Of a DNA stretch of 64,000 nt, positions 23,475 through 35,410 are shown one piece after another. The position numbers were made by a program, and so were the translations under genes. This DNA comes from Octopus vulgaris. Taxonomy: Eukaryota. Each line of letters begins with the position of its first letter. The stretch's first letter is position 1. The stretch covers positions 9,176,001 through 9,240,000 of the forward strand of contig OX597817.1 in NCBI GenBank assembly GCA_951406725.2, in the 5' to 3' direction. The notes beneath the pieces were generated by a model. The model saw only the letters and a program-made list of their open reading frames with translations. It did not search any database and was not told the DNA's origin.

Positions 23475-23745
23475 TCATCATCATCGTCATCGTTTAATGT
23501 CCGCTTTCCATGCCAGCATGGGTTGGACGATTTGACTGAGGACTGGCGAACCAGATGGCTACACCAGGCTCCAATCTGATCTGGCAGAGTTTCTACAGCT
23601 GGATGCCCTTCCTAATGCCAACCACTCTGTGAGTGTAGTGGGTGCTTTTATGTTCCACTGGCACAAGGGCCAGTCAGGCGGTACTGGCAACAGCCATGCT
23701 CAAATGGTGGTTTTTATGTGCCACCTGCACAGGAGCCAGTCCAGT
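23475..23745 (-). mobile_element. RTE 3' UTR copy
   Basis: (cat)n tail and family core. Confidence 0.8.
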
Positions 23746-23827
23746 AATATACCATATAGTATATTAAACATTTTTATAAGTCAATACCATGTCCTACTGT
23801 GTTAGCAGTGCTAATAAATCACTTATT

Positions 23828-24017
23828 AGGGTTATCTCCACATATTTTCTATAGAAATTACACACAGCACTGATTTTGTTACATTTCGGATCTGAGACAC
23901 CGGATGTAAACAACAATGAGATCTTGTTGTTTACATCAGACGTCTTGGATATGAAACCTTATAACAAAATCAGTGCTGGCTCTAATTTCTGCAGAAAATC
24001 TGTAGGGATATAACCTT
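23828..24017. repeat. ~190-bp imperfect palindrome (foldback/MITE-like)
   Basis: cagcactgattttgtta / taacaaaatcagtgctg and gatgtaaacaacaa / ttgttgtttacatc arm pairs around a short loop. Confidence 0.8.
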
Positions 24018-24315
24018 AAACAAGTAAAGAAAGAATGTTTAGGAGAAGTGGGTCAGGTCAGATCTCAGAATGCTGGTCTCACAGATAAGGTTAGAACAAA
24101 CTTTAGTAAGTTGTAGAGTAGACCTGTCCAACCCATGTCAGTATGCAAGAGCATATGTCAAAATAGTGATGATGGTGTGTATGTGTTTCTGTAATCTGGT
24201 GAATGTGTAATGATAACGTAGTTGCAGTATTCTAAGAATGTCACTGGACATTAAAAGCAGTAATTGATGCATAAACAAAGGCAGTATAGCTGTTACTGAT
24301 GTGTGAAGTAATGAA

Positions 24316-24622
24316 CATCATCATCATCATCATTTAGCGTCCGCTTTCCATGCTAGCATGGGTTGGACGGTTCAACTGGGGTCTGTGAAGCCAGAAGGCT
24401 GCATCAGGCCCAGTCTGATCTGGCAGTGTTTCTACGGCTGGATGCCCTTCCTAACCCCAACCCCTCCGCGAGTGTAGTGGGTGCTTTTTACGTGCCACCC
24501 GCACTGGTGCCAGACGGAGCTGGCAAACGGCCACGGACGGATGGTGCTTTTTACGTGCCACCGGCACGGGGGCCAGGCGAGGCTGGCAACAGCCACGAAC
24601 GGATGGTGCTTTTTACGTGCCA
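24316..24622 (-). mobile_element. RTE 3' UTR copy
   Basis: (cat)n tail and three repeat units. Confidence 0.85.
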
Positions 24623-25299
24623 CATGTGAACTAAAAATTTGTTGTGTAGATCGTAGAAAGTACATCTGGTAGAAGAAAACTGAAATTCATTGAGGAAGAG
24701 AAGCGTTTATCAGTATAGTGGGACTCACTGACAGAATGACCCTGATTCAGTTGTGTACCATACTGAGTACCTGTCTAACTCTTATCATATTAAAACTGGT
24801 GGTTATCAATTAAGCATATGTTTCATTTTATAAATATGAATCGGGCATGGCTGTGTGGTTAGGGAGCTTGCTTCCGAGCTACATGGTTTCGGGTTCAGTC
24901 CCACTGCGTGGCACTTTGGGCAGGTGTCTTCTGCTATAGCCCCGAGTCGACCGAAGCTTTGTGATTGAATTTGGTAGGTGGAAGTTACTGCCGTGTGTGT
25001 GTGTGTGCGTATAGCTGCTCAGTGCCTCTCCGAAAGAGAGAGAGGGAGAGGGAATATAGTTCAGGAAATGCAGTGTGTTGTATGAAAGTCAGTTTGTTTT
25101 CATTTGTAATTTAAAATTGGGCAGGGAATAACATTATTAAGGGTTGTATCGTGCTTCACTGCATTTTGTACATCTTCATCATTGTTGCTGGTGCCACTAC
25201 TGCAGCATCAGCAGCAATATCAGTCACAGTATTAATGCCGATTAGGAAAGCTGCTGTCACCTAAGAACTTTTTTTCAGATTGCTATGGGACTAAAATAT

Positions 25300-26225
25300 T
25301 AGAGGATCTTCAGAAATTATAGAACAATGGGTTGAATACAATTTATTGAAGTGAAGTGCAATGATACCTTCCAGAAGAAGCTGATTGCAAGTGAGATGGG
25401 AAAGTTATTGAGTATTTTAAGTACCAAAGACAGTGGGTAGGAAAGGAGAAACACCAGGACCCCAGGTTAAAGGAGGTCTTCACCCCTGTAAGGTATCGTT
25501 ATCTGTTTGATGGGATATGAAGGTTTAGGTTTAGTCCACTTTGAACTTTTAAATCCAAACCAAGCAATAACAAAGGAGATCTACTGCAAGCAGCTTGAGT
25601 GGCTTAACCCTTTCATTACCAACCCGGCTGAAACTGGCTCTGGCTCTTTAGTACAGATGTCTTGTTTACATAAGTTTTGAATTAAAATCTTCCACCAAAC
25701 CTTAATGATAACTTAGTTATTTTACTAAATTCTTTGTTATATTTAAAGTAATTGAAAGAAACACAGAGCATCTCAACAGAAATACAGTAAGGAAAGGGTT
25801 AAGTCAGCGCCAAAATAAAAATGATCCTCTTTGGTTTCAAGAAGAAAGGTGTTCTTCCATCAGGATAATGCTTGGCTGCATACAGTGAGGATGACTTTCC
25901 AAAGGCTGGAGTAGTTTGAATGGGAAACGATGCCCCACCCACCATATTTGCTGGACGTTGCTCCATCTGATTATCATTTATTCCGCAGTCTTCAAATTCA
26001 TATGAATTCTGTAGATGAGGTCAGAATGGTACTGGAAAAATATTTTTCGTCATGGACAAGTGAATTTTGGAAGAGGGGCTTTGCAAGTCTAGCAGATAGA
26101 TGGAAGAGCAATAGTAGAAAATGAAGGAGAGTATATTTCTGATTAAAAAAGACTGTTGTTTATCTTAATTTTGAAAAATAAAAGAAATATTAAAAAAACC
26201 TCATTATTTATGGGATGACCCAATA
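25300..26225 (+). mobile_element. Decayed mariner transposon with a P1 MITE inserted at TTAA (25608-25798)
   Basis: HQDNA...HPPYLLDVAPSDYHLFRSLQ...FWKRG...RW mariner C-terminal motifs; TIR-like cattatttatgggatgacccaa followed by TA. Confidence 0.8.
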
Positions 26226-26400
26226 TATGTACACAGGAATTAGCAGTTAGATCAACACTAAGCTGGTAATAGTTATTTGATTATTTTATGTCTCATTTTG
26301 TTTGTTAGAAGTTTCATCCACTAATTCACTGTATTTCTGAGAGTGAAAGTGAGAAGGGAATATCTGTGCATCTCATGCAGATAAATATCACAAGGTATTT

Positions 26401-26810
26401 TTAATAATAATAATAATGAGATTATTGTGTACAGTGCTCAGGTGCACCACAACTTGTCAGAAAGTACATATAAAGTACATGCAGTAATGTAAAAATGTCT
26501 GGAAAGCGAACAATGTATGAGTCAGATACATGCTTGTGTGTGTATGGAGGGAGAAAATCAGGTGTAGTGTTGGCGAATCTCAGAAAGCATGGAAGTTTTG
26601 AAGGATGCAATGCTCCGACAACTAACAACTGATGCCGGCAGTTTGTTCCATGCTTCAGCAACTCTCAGCGTGGAAAAATGTTTCCTAAAGTCATGGGAGC
26701 TGTGCTGTTTTCTGACTTTGTAAATATGTCCACGGGTGTTAGATGGGTGGAGTTTGAAAAGGTGCTCAGAGTTATTGTTTGTAAGATGGTTAATAATTTT
26801 ATGGGTGTCT
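26401..26810 (-). mobile_element. CR1/L2-type LINE 3' fragment, (AAT)n family
   Basis: Near-identical to 15540-15940. Confidence 0.85.
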
Positions 26811-26947
26811 GGTTGAAAGCATTGGTTTATGAGTTGACTTGCTGATGTTTACATGTTTTTGCTGATATATGTTATATAATTATAAAATATAATAAAATCA
26901 CTGTTAATGGATTCATCAAACATTGGTTTCTGTCATTGTTATTGTAG

Positions 26948-27139
26948 GTAGCAAATCTTCAACATCCAGTGATGCCAACAGTACAGAAAATGTAGCCAAC
27001 ATCCGTGAGAATGCCCTGCTGACATTTCTGTTGGGTTCTGTTATTGTCAATGTATCCAGTTCTTTTGTCCATCGTTTACAGAAAGTGTTTTATTGTGCTA
27101 CTGACCATGAATATGAGCCTTACAGTCTTCCGAAAACAG
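26948..27139 (+). CDS. VPS13B: VPS13B exon 5
   Basis: ttgtag|GT...ACA G|gtactt; phase 1 to 1; VHRLQK...DHEYEPYS motif. Confidence 0.88.
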
Positions 27140-27542
27140 GTACTTTAACAATTGTTCACTTCAGTTCTTCATCATTCTATTTTATTTCCATAAAAGGTTA
27201 GACTACCTCTTGTTATTGTTTAGCTCTAATTCAACTTAGATTGTGCAGACTTATGATTAAAGGCTGTCTGTTATTCAAGTATAGTGTATTTAAGCCTACA
27301 TTATCTAGTGTGAGCTATTTTTAAGACGATAGATTGTAAGTTATGTGATATTTCTAGCAAGTTGATTGACTATGCAGAGGCTCCCCACATTGGCTTGTGG
27401 TTATTTGCTATGTATAAAACGATTGAAGTCTTAGTTATTGCTCTGCACAGTTTCACAAATATAATGGATTACAAATATACTTTTATTGCACATTTATAAA
27501 TTCTCTGGTAATTCTCATTATCTGTTCAGTCATAAAAGAACC

Positions 27543-27788
27543 TTAGTTAGTTAGTTAATTTTTTGGCTCAAAAAGCAAAAAGCAAGGCCATGTTGGGGGA
27601 CATGGAGTTATGTACAGGGTGGTGTTCATGTAAAGAGTTCAGGCCACTTGAGGTCAAGGGAGACTTTGAACCGAGCGGTCGTCGGCATCTTCACCATCTC
27701 GTCTGGCAGCTTATTCCACGGATCCGCAACCCGGACGGAGAAAGCCCCACTCCTTCGATTGAGATGAAATCGTCGCAGATAGAGCTTT
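27543..27788 (-). mobile_element. CR1-type LINE 3' end, (TAAC)n family
   Basis: Near-identical to 11348-11655. Confidence 0.85.
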
Positions 27789-28696
27789 GAAGTATCCACA
27801 TTAAATATCCAGTCGGTTCAATTTAATGGAGTTCATACTACCGTAAGCTATATCTTGAGGAAGAGGCAGTTTTACAATGCTTGCAGGAGTGAAATTTTTC
27901 TATTCTTTTGAATCATTCAGGTAGAAAGAACTATTTGAAACTGAAGTGTTTAGGTGATAAAGTCTTGTAATTGCATATAAATATCTGGGGGTTTAAGCTG
28001 TAAAACATTAAAATTTTCAGATTGGGAAATAAATTGGTTGACTTCTTTGTGCTAAAATATGCATTAGTAAATAGATTATGTGTAAAAAAAGTCATGAGAC
28101 TTAAGGTTAGTATTTAGAAGTTTGGATTTAGGGTTTGGGTTTTGGGTTTGAATTTAGAGGTATTGGTTAGAATTAAGCTTCAAGTTATAGTTACAATTAT
28201 GTTAATGAAATTTAATAACATTTTATCCCTCAAAAATATACCAATACCTATGAATGAGCTTTACATGGAGATAGCATAGTATGAATTAACAAAAAAATTT
28301 ATTTCAAATTGGGTGTTTAGCTGCTATTTCTTAAAGGAAGACATGCTGTCTGTTTTCCTTAATGCACAATATTTTGAAAAACATTTCAGTCGCAACCATC
28401 TCCCAATCTTTTTGCAGAATTAGAGTTTTATTCTGTCATTCTACCCTTGGGACCTTTTGCTTTCTCATAACTATTTTAATAAGGAATATATGTTTGCCTG
28501 TCCAGAAGAATCAACCAGCTTTTTTTCCATTTTGAAAATTTTGTTTTAGAATTCAAACTCTGTAATATCTAATGTAGATAACATTTTCTTTTTACAGTTT
28601 CTGTTGTATTTCTCCGAGACAGTATAAATGAAACATTTTTTGTTTTTGAAAATTTGGGCATTACATATTGTGGAAGCAATTATTTTTTACAATAAG

Positions 28697-29099
28697 ATGT
28701 CGGCCGTTGCCAGCGCTGCCTCAACTGGCTTCTGTGCCGGTAGCACATAAAAAGCATCATCCAAACGTGGCCGATGCCAGCGCCGCCCCGACTGGCTTCT
28801 GTGCCGGTGGCACATAAAAAGCACCATCCGAACGTGGCCGTTGCCAGCGCCGCCTTGGCTGGCTTCCGTGCTGGTGGCACGTTAAAAGCTCCAACTGATC
28901 GTGGCCGATGCCGGACCCCCCTTGCACCTGTGCAGGTGGCACGTAAAAAGCACCCACTACACTCGTGGGGTGGTTGGCGTTAGAAAGGGCATCCAGCTGT
29001 AGAAACTGGAGCCTGGTGCAGCCCTGGCTTCCCAGACCCCGGTCGAACCGTCCAACCCGTGCTAGCACGGAAAACGTACGTTAAACGATGATGATGATG
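28697..29099 (+). mobile_element. RTE 3' UTR copy (4 units)
   Basis: Repeat units and (gat)n tail. Confidence 0.85.
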
Positions 29100-29932
29100 T
29101 CATTCTTAGCACTAATCACTTATTTGTTTGTCTGTCATAAGGCTGAGAAATTTATCTGACTTGTTTAGGGACACAGCACACTAACTGTAGTTTGAACCCA
29201 TAACCTTTTGATCAACAAGTCTAGAATCTTAAATTTACAGCCATTATTTGTTTTCATATACCTGTCAAGGTTGGATTTTTTGCAAGCCCTTCCAGGCTCC
29301 AGAGATTAATGTGACTGTGCTCATTAGCAAGTCAATATTCACTGAAAAAACATGAGTGGGAAGAGAACCAAGCATATATTTGAAATCATTGCAACAAAAT
29401 AAACTCTTCTAAACACACTCAAGTACCGGGGTGGGGTGGGGTAGTGATGTTAGGCTTGCCACTCATTGTACTTTTCAATCATCATCATTGTCATCAGCTA
29501 ATGTCCACTTTCCCATATTTGAATGGATTGGACAGAATCTGTTGAGAGACAGATTTTCTATGGCCAGATGCCCTTCCTGTTACTAACCATCACCTGTTTC
29601 CAAGTAAGGTTCTATTTTCCAATGGTCATAAATGTTTTTCACAGAAGAATGGAAATGAATGACATCACTTGTATGACAATAGCACTCATTTACAATCATC
29701 AAATGATGTCAACACAAGAGGACACACAAACTCCACCACACCATATATATATATTTATATATATAAATGGCGGTGCCCCAGCATGGCCACAGCTTGTGAG
29801 CTGAAACTAGATAAAATTTAAAAAATATATATATATGAAATTATGTAACCTTCAAAGTAATTTGATGAAATGCATTTATGTTTTATAAAGCATAAAATAC
29901 TACACATGTTTTATATATATATATATATATAT

Positions 29933-30190
29933 CAGAAATATTAAATTTCTAAATATCTCATAGAGATATGTATGGTGGTGGGGCAATAGAATGGTTGTAT
30001 ATTGTCAATCTAACGTGAACGTGACAGTAGGAGGTTACACCACTGCTATCACGTTTACATTAGATTGACAGTATACAACCATTCTATCGCCCCATCACTG
30101 TACATATCTCGATGCTTCCTAGGGCTAAACAGCAGTGGTGTAACCCCCTACTGTCATGTTCACGTTAGATTGACAGTATACAACCATTCT
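29933..30190. repeat. (TA)n-flanked insert built from nested inverted repeats
   Basis: The segment atagaatggttgtatattgtcaatctaacgtgaacgtga has two downstream reverse-complement copies, at ~30049-30087 and ~30155-30192. Confidence 0.8.
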
Positions 30191-30417
30191 ATATATATAT
30201 ATATATATATGGCTTCTTTCAATTTCCAACTAATAAATCTACACATAAGGTTTAAAGGGCTGTGCAGAAGGACTGAACCTGAAACCGCATAGTTGGGAAA
30301 CAAACTTTTTAACTGCGCAGCCATGTCTTTGCCTTGTCTACTGTATACTTTATATGTACTGAAAATATCTCTGCATTTTTTTGATTGATTTAAATCTGTC
30401 TCGCTCACTTTGATCAG

Positions 30418-30596
30418 AATTGCTCAATGACAACAGTCCTTTGCCGACGGTGGACCAAGTGAAGCACCTTGAGGAGTATACGCCTATCAGAACATACAAT
30501 GTGACTGTGTTGGAGCCAAAGATATATATTTTTGCAGCTGAGCACCCCCAGAAAACTATCCAAAAGCACAAACGCCAAACGACGAGAAGTGGCCGG
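30418..30596 (+). CDS. VPS13B: VPS13B exon 6
   Basis: gatcag|AA...CGG|gtgagt; phase 1 to 0; LEEYTPIR motif. Confidence 0.88.
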
Positions 30597-31037
30597 GTGA
30601 GTAGAAGTATCTTTGTAATAAGACATCTGTGTGCGCAGTTAATGTAAGAGAGGTACCTAAATATACTAATATATATCTTTAGTCTTCTCTTCACTACACA
30701 TATTACCCTGGAGGCCACAACATGGTCACTCATACTTCTACCCCCATTTCTGACCATCTGCTATTCTCCTCTCACTCTACCTTGTATCTAGAGATGCTCT
30801 GGCATCAAGTCACCATCACCCTTGTCTTCTTTCCAGCTGCTCCTACCCACCCTTATATAATATGGGGTAGCCGTGTATCTACTCTATAGCAAGGCACCAG
30901 TGCTGTCCTCTATCATACTTTTTAGTACCTCAATATCCTTTCCACCTGCTTAGTCTTTTTAGTCTTTCTCTTTTCCTTCTACTCTACTATTTTGTCTTGC
31001 AAGTTACCAAGTTACATGGTGACCTCACTAGTGGGGT

Positions 31038-31424
31038 GGGAAGCACTCCGTCGGTTACGACGACAAGGGTTCCGGTTGATCCGAATCAACGGAACAGCCT
31101 GCTCGTGAAATTAATGTGTAAGTGGCTGAGCACTCCACAGACACGTGTACCCTTAACGTAGTTCTTGGGGATATTCAGCGTGACACACAGAGAGTGACAA
31201 GGCCGGCCCTTTGAAATACAGGTACAACAGAAACAGGAAGTAAGAGTGAGAGAAAGTTGTGGTGAAAGAGTACAGCAGGGATCACCACCATCCCCTGCCG
31301 GAGACTCGTGGAGCTTTAGGTGTTTTCGCTCAATAAACACTCACAACACCCGGTCTGGGAATCGAAACCGCGATCCTATGACTGCGAGTCCGCTGCCCTA
31401 ACCACTGGGCCATTGCGCCTCCAC
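31038..31424 (-). mobile_element. tRNA-derived SINE family C, full length
   Basis: tRNA-like head on the minus strand; 12-bp target duplication gacctcactagt at 31021 and 31425. Confidence 0.85.
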
Positions 31425-31715
31425 GACCTCACTAGTACTGATTGCAGGTAAAAGTGTTTTGTTCTTTTCCTATTTTTTTTTGGTAATGCTGGAATTTTTA
31501 TGACTGAGAAGACCAGTCCTTGCAATCAACTGATTTCATTTATTAAGTGCATCTTGTACAGATGCATGTTTCATGATTAAGACCGAGTGCAAATGTAAAT
31601 GTTAGAAACATTTTTCAACTCTAGGATGAGGTTAATACTCTCAAAAATTATAGCCTTACATATCGTCTCTTTTCCTGTGTTGTTTTCAATTTAATATTTT
31701 GATTCTGAATTCTAG

Positions 31716-31907
31716 GCTACCACCAAACGGTCTACTGAGATGTCATCAACTCCATGTTCACTGCCAGCTGTTGTAGTGTCAGCTTCCCGTTTTGAGTTGC
31801 AGTTTTATCAAGCTATGTATCCTCAGCATGTTGTTCGACTGGTCAGTAAACTAGCTGGACCTTCTAGTCAGCTCATGCATAATTGTTACACACACATGCA
31901 ACTAAGG
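31716..31907 (+). CDS. VPS13B: VPS13B exon 7
   Basis: ttctag|GCT...AGG|gtaaat; phase 0 to 0; LP...MYP...PS..L.H.CYTH pattern. Confidence 0.88.
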
Positions 31908-32156
31908 GTAAATATGATTAACTTTTTTATTTGTTAATTGCTACTGTCTTCTACCGTTCTCTATGTACAGTTTTTTTAGTTATGCAGCAATTTTAAGAGG
32001 AGATTTAACTTTAGGTTTCTTATTCCTTTTAATGAGGTATATTACTGAAGTGCTGTTTGTGAACCCCATGGATTGATATAAGTAAAATCTGAGGCACAAT
32101 GACTGAAGTTAGGCTACTGGACTATTGACTACTTAGTCATAAGTTCATATCTTACT

Positions 32157-32437
32157 CCTGCTCCAGAGCGTCGGCTGTGGGGTCATTCCGAAAAGCTCTA
32201 TCTGCGACGATTTCATCTCAATCGAAGGAGAGGGGCTTTCTCCATCTGGGTTGCAGATCCGTGGAATAAGCTGCTAGACGAGATGTTGAAGATGCCGACG
32301 ACCACTCGGTTCAAAGTCTCCCTTGACCACAAGTGACCTGAACTCTTTACATGAACACCACCCTGTACATAACTCCATGGCCCCCTACATGGCCTTGCTT
32401 TTTGAGCAAAAAAATTAACTAACTAACTAACTAACTA
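32157..32437 (+). mobile_element. CR1-type LINE 3' end, (TAAC)n family
   Basis: Reverse complement of 11348-11640. Confidence 0.85.
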
Positions 32438-32871
32438 CTCTTATTGTGTTAAGTTTTTGAGCAAGGTGCATGAATAACCCTGATTGCTCCAGATGTTATA
32501 CTAAACAAAAGGAAAACATGCCCTTAACCCATTTTTGTGGTGAAGTGGTATATTCCAAAAAAAAAAAACCATTTGTGCCTGTAATTGAATAATCTCTTAC
32601 TTCTATACAAAAAGAGAATGTTCTGCAGAAGAAAGGAAGAATACAAAAAGAAAGAATGTGTGTGTTTATCTGTGCATTTTGCAGTTTGATTTCAAGGGGT
32701 GTTGCAAGTGGGTGATAAATATATGTACACGGACACAGACACAGATACACACAGACAGACACACACACACTTATCTTATCAGTAACAGCAGCATTTTGAT
32801 GCTCACTTTTTATACTTGCATGGGTCCAATGGAATCTGTCATTTCTGTTGCCAATATTTATCTGTTACCAA

Positions 32872-33102
32872 GACGGCGAGCTGGCAGAAACGTTAGCATG
32901 CTGGGCGAAATGCGTATCCGCATTTCGTCTGTCGATACGTTCTGAGTTCAAATTCTGCCAAGTTCTACTTTACCTTTCATCCTTTCGGGGTCGATAAATT
33001 AAGTACCAGTTACGCACTGGGGTCGAAGTAATCGACTTAATACCTATGTCTGTCCTTGTTTGTCCCCTCTATGTTTAGCCCCTTGTGGGCAATAAAGAAA
33101 TA
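32872..33102 (+). mobile_element. SINE family B, full length
   Basis: 20-bp target duplication aatatttatctgttaccaag at 32853 and 33103. Confidence 0.88.
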
Positions 33103-33433
33103 AATATTTATCTGTTACCAAGTAAGGCAATGTTTTCCTGCAACCAATTGTGTTCCATGGAAGATTAGAAACAAAAGACACTTGTTCTGTAGTGGTGATG
33201 CTCGCTTACAATTATTGCACAAAGGCAAAGACAAACACATACTCGCATATACAATGGGCTACTTTCAGTTTCTGTCTACCAAATCCACTCACAAAGCTTT
33301 GGCTAGCACGGGCTTTAGAAGACGATGCCTGAGGTAAAGACATTTGCCCACACAGGGCCACTGAACTCATGTCTGCAAGTACAAAATTTTCTTTAAAAAA
33401 CTTTACTTTAAAATGTTTCTTTTTCTGTTTTAG

Positions 33434-33558
33434 CTGTTTGGTTTATCTGTGGGTCTTTTGAACATTGACAAAACTGGCAAGCCATCTCATACTGAAACAA
33501 TTATTTCCCCTTGTAGTGGATCAGTTTACAAGAAGTCTCTGCTTTTCCCAGAAAACTG
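33434..33558 (+). CDS. VPS13B: VPS13B exon 8
   Basis: ttttag|CTG...AAC TG|gtttgt; phase 0 to 2; joins exon 9 to form a Trp codon. Confidence 0.85.
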
Positions 33559-33884
33559 GTTTGTTCTTTTTAATTCTCTCTGCTTTTTCTTTTCCGTTTC
33601 CATTCTTTTAAAACTTCCAAAACTTCTTTATGTGAGTGTTATTTTAATTGGTCTGTCCTTTTTAACTATTTTGGGAAGAGAAACGTTAAACATAGCCACT
33701 TCAGAGCTGTAATTTTTAAGATTCAGGTATTTAATTGTGTCTAATCTATCATCTCAAAGTAATGAAGATAGTAAAAAAATCATAAAATACCAATTATATG
33801 TATTTTGATCTTAGTTGGAACTCTTCACTGTGGGTCTGAATATAAAATCATTTATGCAAATCGAGATAGTTTTTAAATCAGAAA

Positions 33885-33915
<31 letters not shown>

Positions 33916-33980
33916 TATTAGTAATGCAATACTACAGTATTGCTTTCCAGTAAAGAATAGCCCGTGAGGGAAAAATACAC

Positions 33981-34383
33981 AAAGTAGTAAATATATGGCA
34001 CAACGAAGTACCGATACTTACTGGAAATAGCGAATGTAATAATACGACGCTAATGTATAGCTTCACCGCGTATGTATTAGCAAAAATGCGTGTGTGCAAC
34101 AAACAAGAAAAAAATTGTCTCACCTCCAGGGAGAACATCTGAAAGATGAAATACCTGGAAAAGGATAATGTGGGACCTGCAGGTTTCAGATTTTACAAGA
34201 TATGTCTGCCACCCATAAACTTGTTCTATCTCCATCAGCCAAGCATATACCATAACAAAATCTCATTTGTTGCACACATGCATTTTTGCTAATACATACG
34301 CGGTGAAGCTATACATTAGCGTCGTATTATTACGTTCGCTATTTCCAGTAAATATCGGTACTTCGTTGTGCCATATATTTACT

Positions 34384-34388
<5 letters not shown>
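33981..34388. repeat. 123-bp near-perfect inverted repeat (33981-34103 / 34266-34388) enclosing a hammerhead motif
   Basis: Arms are reverse complements with 3 differences; flanked by (GA)n and (TA)n. Confidence 0.92.
34168..34246 (-). ncRNA. Minimal type I hammerhead motif (HHR3), A9 replaced by G
   Basis: Minus strand atgcttgg-CTGATGG-agat...atct-GAAAC-ctgcag-GTC-ccacat; palindromic stem III acctgcaggt. Confidence 0.55.
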
Positions 34389-34423
<35 letters not shown>

Positions 34424-34614
34424 AGATGAAAAAATAGATGGCTTTTGAAATTGGAAAGATAACTAATTTCAAGACTTCAATTTTTTTTTTTTTTTTTATC
34501 TAGAAATCACAAATTCAGTTTTTGTAATTTGTGTAACCTTTTAAGAGGTTGGATTACTAGGAATATGATATGTGCTTCCAGATTTCTTTACTTGTCCATT
34601 TTATCCATTTTCAG

Positions 34615-34796
34615 GAAGAACCCTTATTTACCATCTGTTGAGTATATGGTTGAAGTTCCTCAATTTAGTCTCAGCATTAAGAAAGCACATGTACATTTCG
34701 TTTTCCACATCTGGAAGACGTGGCTTGAGAAGAAACCAAATGCAGCCTCTTCAGAAGCTTCTGACACTTTGTTCCAAGATATGGCACAATATAAAG
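34615..34796 (+). CDS. VPS13B: VPS13B exon 9
   Basis: tttcag|G AAG...AAA G|gttatt; phase 2 to 1; open frame. Confidence 0.85.
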
Positions 34797-34879
34797 GTTA
34801 TTTGCTTTTATCATTTTATGTTTTTACACCTATTTTTTTTAGAACTTTGTTTTTAGTGGAAATATCCAAGAACATCCCA

Positions 34880-35410
34880 CTGTGCTTGAGGAGACCTGTT
34901 GAGTCAGGTACATGAACATCGTAATAAATATCAATGGAAATAGTAGTTGTGATACCTGTGCCGGTGGCACATAAAAAGCACCATCTGAACGTGGCCGATG
35001 CCAGCACCGCCTTGACTGGCTTCTGTGCCGGTGGCACATAAAAAGCACCATCTGAACGTGGCCATTGCCAGCACCACCTCGACTGGCTTCTGTGCCGGTG
35101 GCACATAAAAAGCACCATCCGAACGTGGCCGATGCCAGCACCGCCTTGACTGGCTTCAGTGCCGGTGGCACATAAAAAGCACCAACCGATCGTGGACGAT
35201 GCCAGACTTCCCTGGCAGCTGTGCAGGTGGCATGTAAAAAGCACCCACTACACTCGCGGAGTAGTTGGCGTTAGGAAGGGCATCCAGCTGTAGAAACTTT
35301 GCCAGATCAGACTGGAGCCTGGTGCAGCCCCTGGCTTCCCAGACCCCGGTCGAACTGTCCAACCCATGCTAGCACGGAAAACGGACGTTAAACGATGATG
35401 ATGAAGATGA
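34880..35410 (+). mobile_element. RTE 3' UTR copy (5 units)
   Basis: Five ~62-68-bp units and (gat)n tail. Confidence 0.88.

Noticed and set aside
31350-31424. tRNA-like sequences (also at 1611, 12162, 35820-35890 and 36791)
   Set aside because: SINE heads with A/B boxes followed by SINE bodies and target duplications; no complete cloverleaf
34950-35250. Regularly spaced repeats resembling a CRISPR array (also at 49505, 53870 and 57865)
   Set aside because: The spacers are homologous to each other, there are no cas genes, the context is a eukaryotic intron, and the units belong to an RTE 3' UTR
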